This document shows, in pieces, positions 60,852-64,000 of a stretch of DNA of 64,000 nucleotides. The position numbers were made by a program, and so were the translations under genes. The notes beneath the pieces were generated by a model, which saw nothing but the letters and a program-made list of their open reading frames with translations, did not search any database and was not told the origin of the DNA. Location: positions 25,513-89,512 of the forward strand of contig JAGKXC010000004.1 of NCBI GenBank assembly GCA_021151535.1, in the 5' to 3' direction. Source of the stretch: Sphingobacteriia bacterium. GTDB taxonomy: Bacteria > Bacteroidota > Bacteroidia > NS11-12g > UBA955. Every line of letters begins with the position of its first letter. Position 1 is the first letter of the stretch.

Positions 60852-63800
60852 TCATTGTGTGCAAATGATTTTACCAGCGCATTTTGATGTTAACCCATCC
60901 AATGTTCTAGCAGAAATTTGATATAGGTAAATGCCTGGAGTTAAATTATGAGAAATTGAAACCTCTCCACCTGATTCTACCTCATTTCTTAAATCAATTT
61001 GAATCTTACTCACAGCAAATGCCGCTTCAATATATTTACTTCCTTTCACAACAATATTGCCAGCCACATCGCTAATCTGCCAATCCAAATTTAAATCTTC
61101 TCCTGGCAATGTTTGCTCAATCCACAGTTTTGTATTTTGTTGAAACGGATTTGGGCTAGCACCATGATTTTCAATCTTAAAGCTTCGAGCAGGAACCACA
61201 ATTCCAAATGTTGAACCATCGCCATAATTATTGTAAATATCCCATACTTTGCATGTAAATGTGTGTTTTCCTGGCGATAAATTGTTCAGTGGTACGCGTA
61301 GAATTCCACTTCTAAATGAATTTACATCGTATTGAAAATATTGATTCACAATCATGGTTATTTCTGCCTCAGTATTTTCATCAATGATTAAAACCATATC
61401 TCTTCCAATCCCAGCACCGGTGGCATTAATTCCATTTTCATCATAAATACGAGCAACAAAATCTACATTTTTTGCCACTGATCCACCAGCTCTAAAGGTA
61501 GTATCATGCAAAAATGCGCGTACTTCCGGACCGATCGTATCCGCTTTATTTAATTTTTCACTTCCGCCAAGTAAGAAATTATAAGCACCCGATGCATCAG
61601 TTTCCCCATTGTGTGCGTAAAACATCGCCCTGGCCTCACCCACATTATAACTAATATCTTTGGGGATTGAAAAAACCAATGTCCAATCGCCATTTACAAC
61701 TGAAATCTGCCCATTATACAAAATGGTAGACAAATCCTTGAATTCCACCGTTGAGCCATTTCCATCATTACCCAATGTGTACTGGCTTTTGGGTTTATCA
61801 AAAATTTTGGCCCAAAGCGTGCCATTAAAATTAACAAATTTCCCTTTTAATCGCTCATCGATATGCCCCTTCATGGTTACCACTGAAAAGGCCTTTAATG
61901 TGTCTGCAAAAAATTGAGCATCTTTGGCTTGCACCGAATCAACTTTAATAAAATGATTAGGAAATGCCAACTTCATACTCGCATCGCCCAATAATGCGAA
62001 TTTTTTATCATCGTCTGTCTTATCCGGGCGATTTTTCAACTTCTGAAAAACATCACCAACCGTTGGCACCGACTCATTAGGCGCAGGAAAACCGTATTTC
62101 GTCCAAAAAGATCGATTGATCAATGAATTTGAACTCACATATACCAATCGAGTTGTAGTTAATGATGCAATAGCGCCGCCGTTTGGATTCAAGACCGCCA
62201 ATTCTCCGGCACTTTGAAATTTGGGATCATCGTATTTGGTAAACTCACAAGTAGCAGTAAAAAGCACAGGCATTGTGTAAGGATTGGACCAAGACTTAAT
62301 GGTTGGAATATCTAAAAAAGCTTCCTGTCCCCAGCCTCTTTCGCCACCGTGACCTTGATAATTAATAAACAAAGAACCCTCGTTAAAAGTACGATTAATT
62401 GCCGCTGTAACATCGGGATAACGTTCACTATTTCCATTCATTACTTGCTTATACGCATCGGCATAAATTTTATTCACCTTAATGGCGGGATTGTTCTTGT
62501 ATAGATAATCTGCATATTCTTCACTTTGATAAATGAATTCTGTTTCATAAATCTTATCTACATCGTCACTAGTAAATGTAACTTGAGAACGCCAAGGACC
62601 AAACGATTTTGGACTATCATAGCGCTTCAACTTTTCAACAAATGCATTGGCATCTTCCAATGTTCTAGCGGGAATTCTACCAACTGCCACGCCCAATTTA
62701 TTCTTTTGGGTAATTTCAGGATCGCCCTGCCCTGCATCTAAATATCCGATATACTCATCCAAGCAGAAGATTGCCGCAGGACTTTGTCCATAAGATTGAT
62801 ACATTGGAACATAATTGGTATTAGATGGAGTGCGATCGAGCATATCATGAGAAGCCGCGCCAATAATCGTTACATACTTCAATTCATTGCCGTTTGCAAT
62901 GCTACTTTGCTTTGCCCATCGAATAAAATTGCGGATGGCCATAACATCTTGTTGACCCGCCGAGAATGCGTTATAAATTTCTACGGGCGATACGATGGCA
63001 ACTTTCAACTGATCATGCGCAGTTCTATGTTCCTTTAATTTTGCAGCTGCCTCTATAAAATCTGGATGACTAATAATAATCAATTGTGCATTTCCGGCTA
63101 ACTCAATATTGGATGAAGCTTTAATATTGCCGTCAAAATTTGGTAGGAACGCATCATTGGGATGAAATGCAATGATGGTGTTGCTTGATATTGAGTCAAT
63201 TGCAGTAGCTAACAAATCACTTCCTACTTTTTCTGCAAACAAACCGCAGGGTTGATAAACATTTCCAACAGACCAAATAAATGGAGTTTGCGAACCACTT
63301 AACTGAAATTTAAATTCTACAATATCCAGCGAATTCCCCCAATTCCAATTGCGATAAACAATTTGTTTACCTTGGTAGGTTAGCCCCTTTTCAGCAAACC
63401 ACTCAAAAAAATCTAAGTAGGCAGCTGATTTAGTATTCGGGCGATTTAATTGCAATTTGCATTGAATCATACCCGATAAATTGTTCAGCTTGTAAATCTT
63501 TGAAACGTAATTGTATTTATCATAAGATCCAATTGGAATCGGATTAACGGTATAGCGATAATTTACACCATTTACCGTTGTAATTAAACTACCTGAATCT
63601 TCCTCTAATGCCCAGGCCGTATTAACGCGCAATATAGCCGAATCTACATCCAGTGGAATGGCTATTTGAAATGTGCGATTGGTGGTTTCATTGCCTAGTT
63701 TTTCACCTAGCCAAACCCTTCCCATATCATTGAGATTCACAATATCAGAATCGTGAAATCCGCCTATGTAACCTGAACTTCGTTTTTCTTGAACATTAAA

Positions 63801-64000
63801 AGTTGGCTTGATGGCATTTGTAATGCGTTTTCCTGCAACTAAAGTTTCACCTATTATATAGGTAGAATTTTTGGCATATGGATTTGAATAATGTGTTATA
63901 GTGTTGAATGTATTCTCCATATCCTTAGCGGCGGTGGCATAAAACAAAATATAATCGCCCGAATTCCATTGATTATCCGATCCTTTTTCAACCCAAATAC
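60852..64000 (-). CDS. porU: T9SS C-terminal signal peptidase PorU (C25-like), partial; 5' end beyond the window
   Basis: Gingipain-like catalytic region (INYQGHGGERGW, FTATCEF). The reading frame stays open upstream of the track's TTG at 63947 to base 64000 (..VEKGSDNQWNSGDYILFYATAA). Confidence 0.8.
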   Translation of the reverse strand, partial: IWVEKGSDNQWNSGDYILFYATAAKDMENTFNTITHYSNPYAKNSTYIIGETLVAGKRITNAIKPTFNVQEKRSSGYIGGFHDSDIVNLNDMGRVWLGEKLGNETTNRTFQIAIPLDVDSAILRVNTAWALEEDSGSLITTVNGVNYRYTVNPIPIGSYDKYNYVSKIYKLNNLSGMIQCKLQLNRPNTKSAAYLDFFEWFAEKGLTYQGKQIVYRNWNWGNSLDIVEFKFQLSGSQTPFIWSVGNVYQPCGLFAEKVGSDLLATAIDSISSNTIIAFHPNDAFLPNFDGNIKASSNIELAGNAQLIIISHPDFIEAAAKLKEHRTAHDQLKVAIVSPVEIYNAFSAGQQDVMAIRNFIRWAKQSSIANGNELKYVTIIGAASHDMLDRTPSNTNYVPMYQSYGQSPAAIFCLDEYIGYLDAGQGDPEITQKNKLGVAVGRIPARTLEDANAFVEKLKRYDSPKSFGPWRSQVTFTSDDVDKIYETEFIYQSEEYADYLYKNNPAIKVNKIYADAYKQVMNGNSERYPDVTAAINRTFNEGSLFINYQGHGGERGWGQEAFLDIPTIKSWSNPYTMPVLFTATCEFTKYDDPKFQSAGELAVLNPNGGAIASLTTTRLVYVSSNSLINRSFWTKYGFPAPNESVPTVGDVFQKLKNRPDKTDDDKKFALLGDASMKLAFPNHFIKVDSVQAKDAQFFADTLKAFSVVTMKGHIDERLKGKFVNFNGTLWAKIFDKPKSQYTLGNDGNGSTVEFKDLSTILYNGQISVVNGDWTLVFSIPKDISYNVGEARAMFYAHNGETDASGAYNFLLGGSEKLNKADTIGPEVRAFLHDTTFRAGGSVAKNVDFVARIYDENGINATGAGIGRDMVLIIDENTEAEITMIVNQYFQYDVNSFRSGILRVPLNNLSPGKHTFTCKVWDIYNNYGDGSTFGIVVPARSFKIENHGASPNPFQQNTKLWIEQTLPGEDLNLDWQISDVAGNIVVKGSKYIEAAFAVSKIQIDLRNEVESGGEVSISHNLTPGIYLYQISARTLDGLTSKCAGKIICTQ

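Overview
The window reads as low-GC chromosomal DNA from a member of the Bacteroidota. The evidence is a porU/porV type IX secretion (T9SS) pair at the right end, several secreted proteins with type-A or type-B T9SS C-terminal sorting domains, and TAnnTTTG -7 promoter motifs upstream of tRNA genes. Gene density is high, with about 55 protein genes and 2 tRNAs, and I saw no rRNA or CRISPR array.

Housekeeping genes:
- prfB, whose classical +1 programmed frameshift the ORF track truncates
- tig-clpP-clpX, gyrB, dinB, rnhB, pcm and pepP
- accB/accC plus an acyl-CoA carboxyltransferase
- an aminotransferase/omega-amidase pair

Accessory content:
- A CarH/LitR-like MerR-B12 regulator next to a photolyase.
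- A three-gene membrane-protein/histidine-kinase/LuxR-regulator operon.
- A truncated integrase.
- Two surface-protein genes, each broken by two single-base frameshifts.

The locus I consider most worth follow-up is a six-gene co-directional cluster at 43292-50427. A WbaP-type sugar transferase is followed by an ABC-exporter membrane domain with no ATPase domain, which is tightly coupled to a HlyD adaptor and a TolC barrel.

All calls rest on my own reading of the translations and the DNA. No database search was run.
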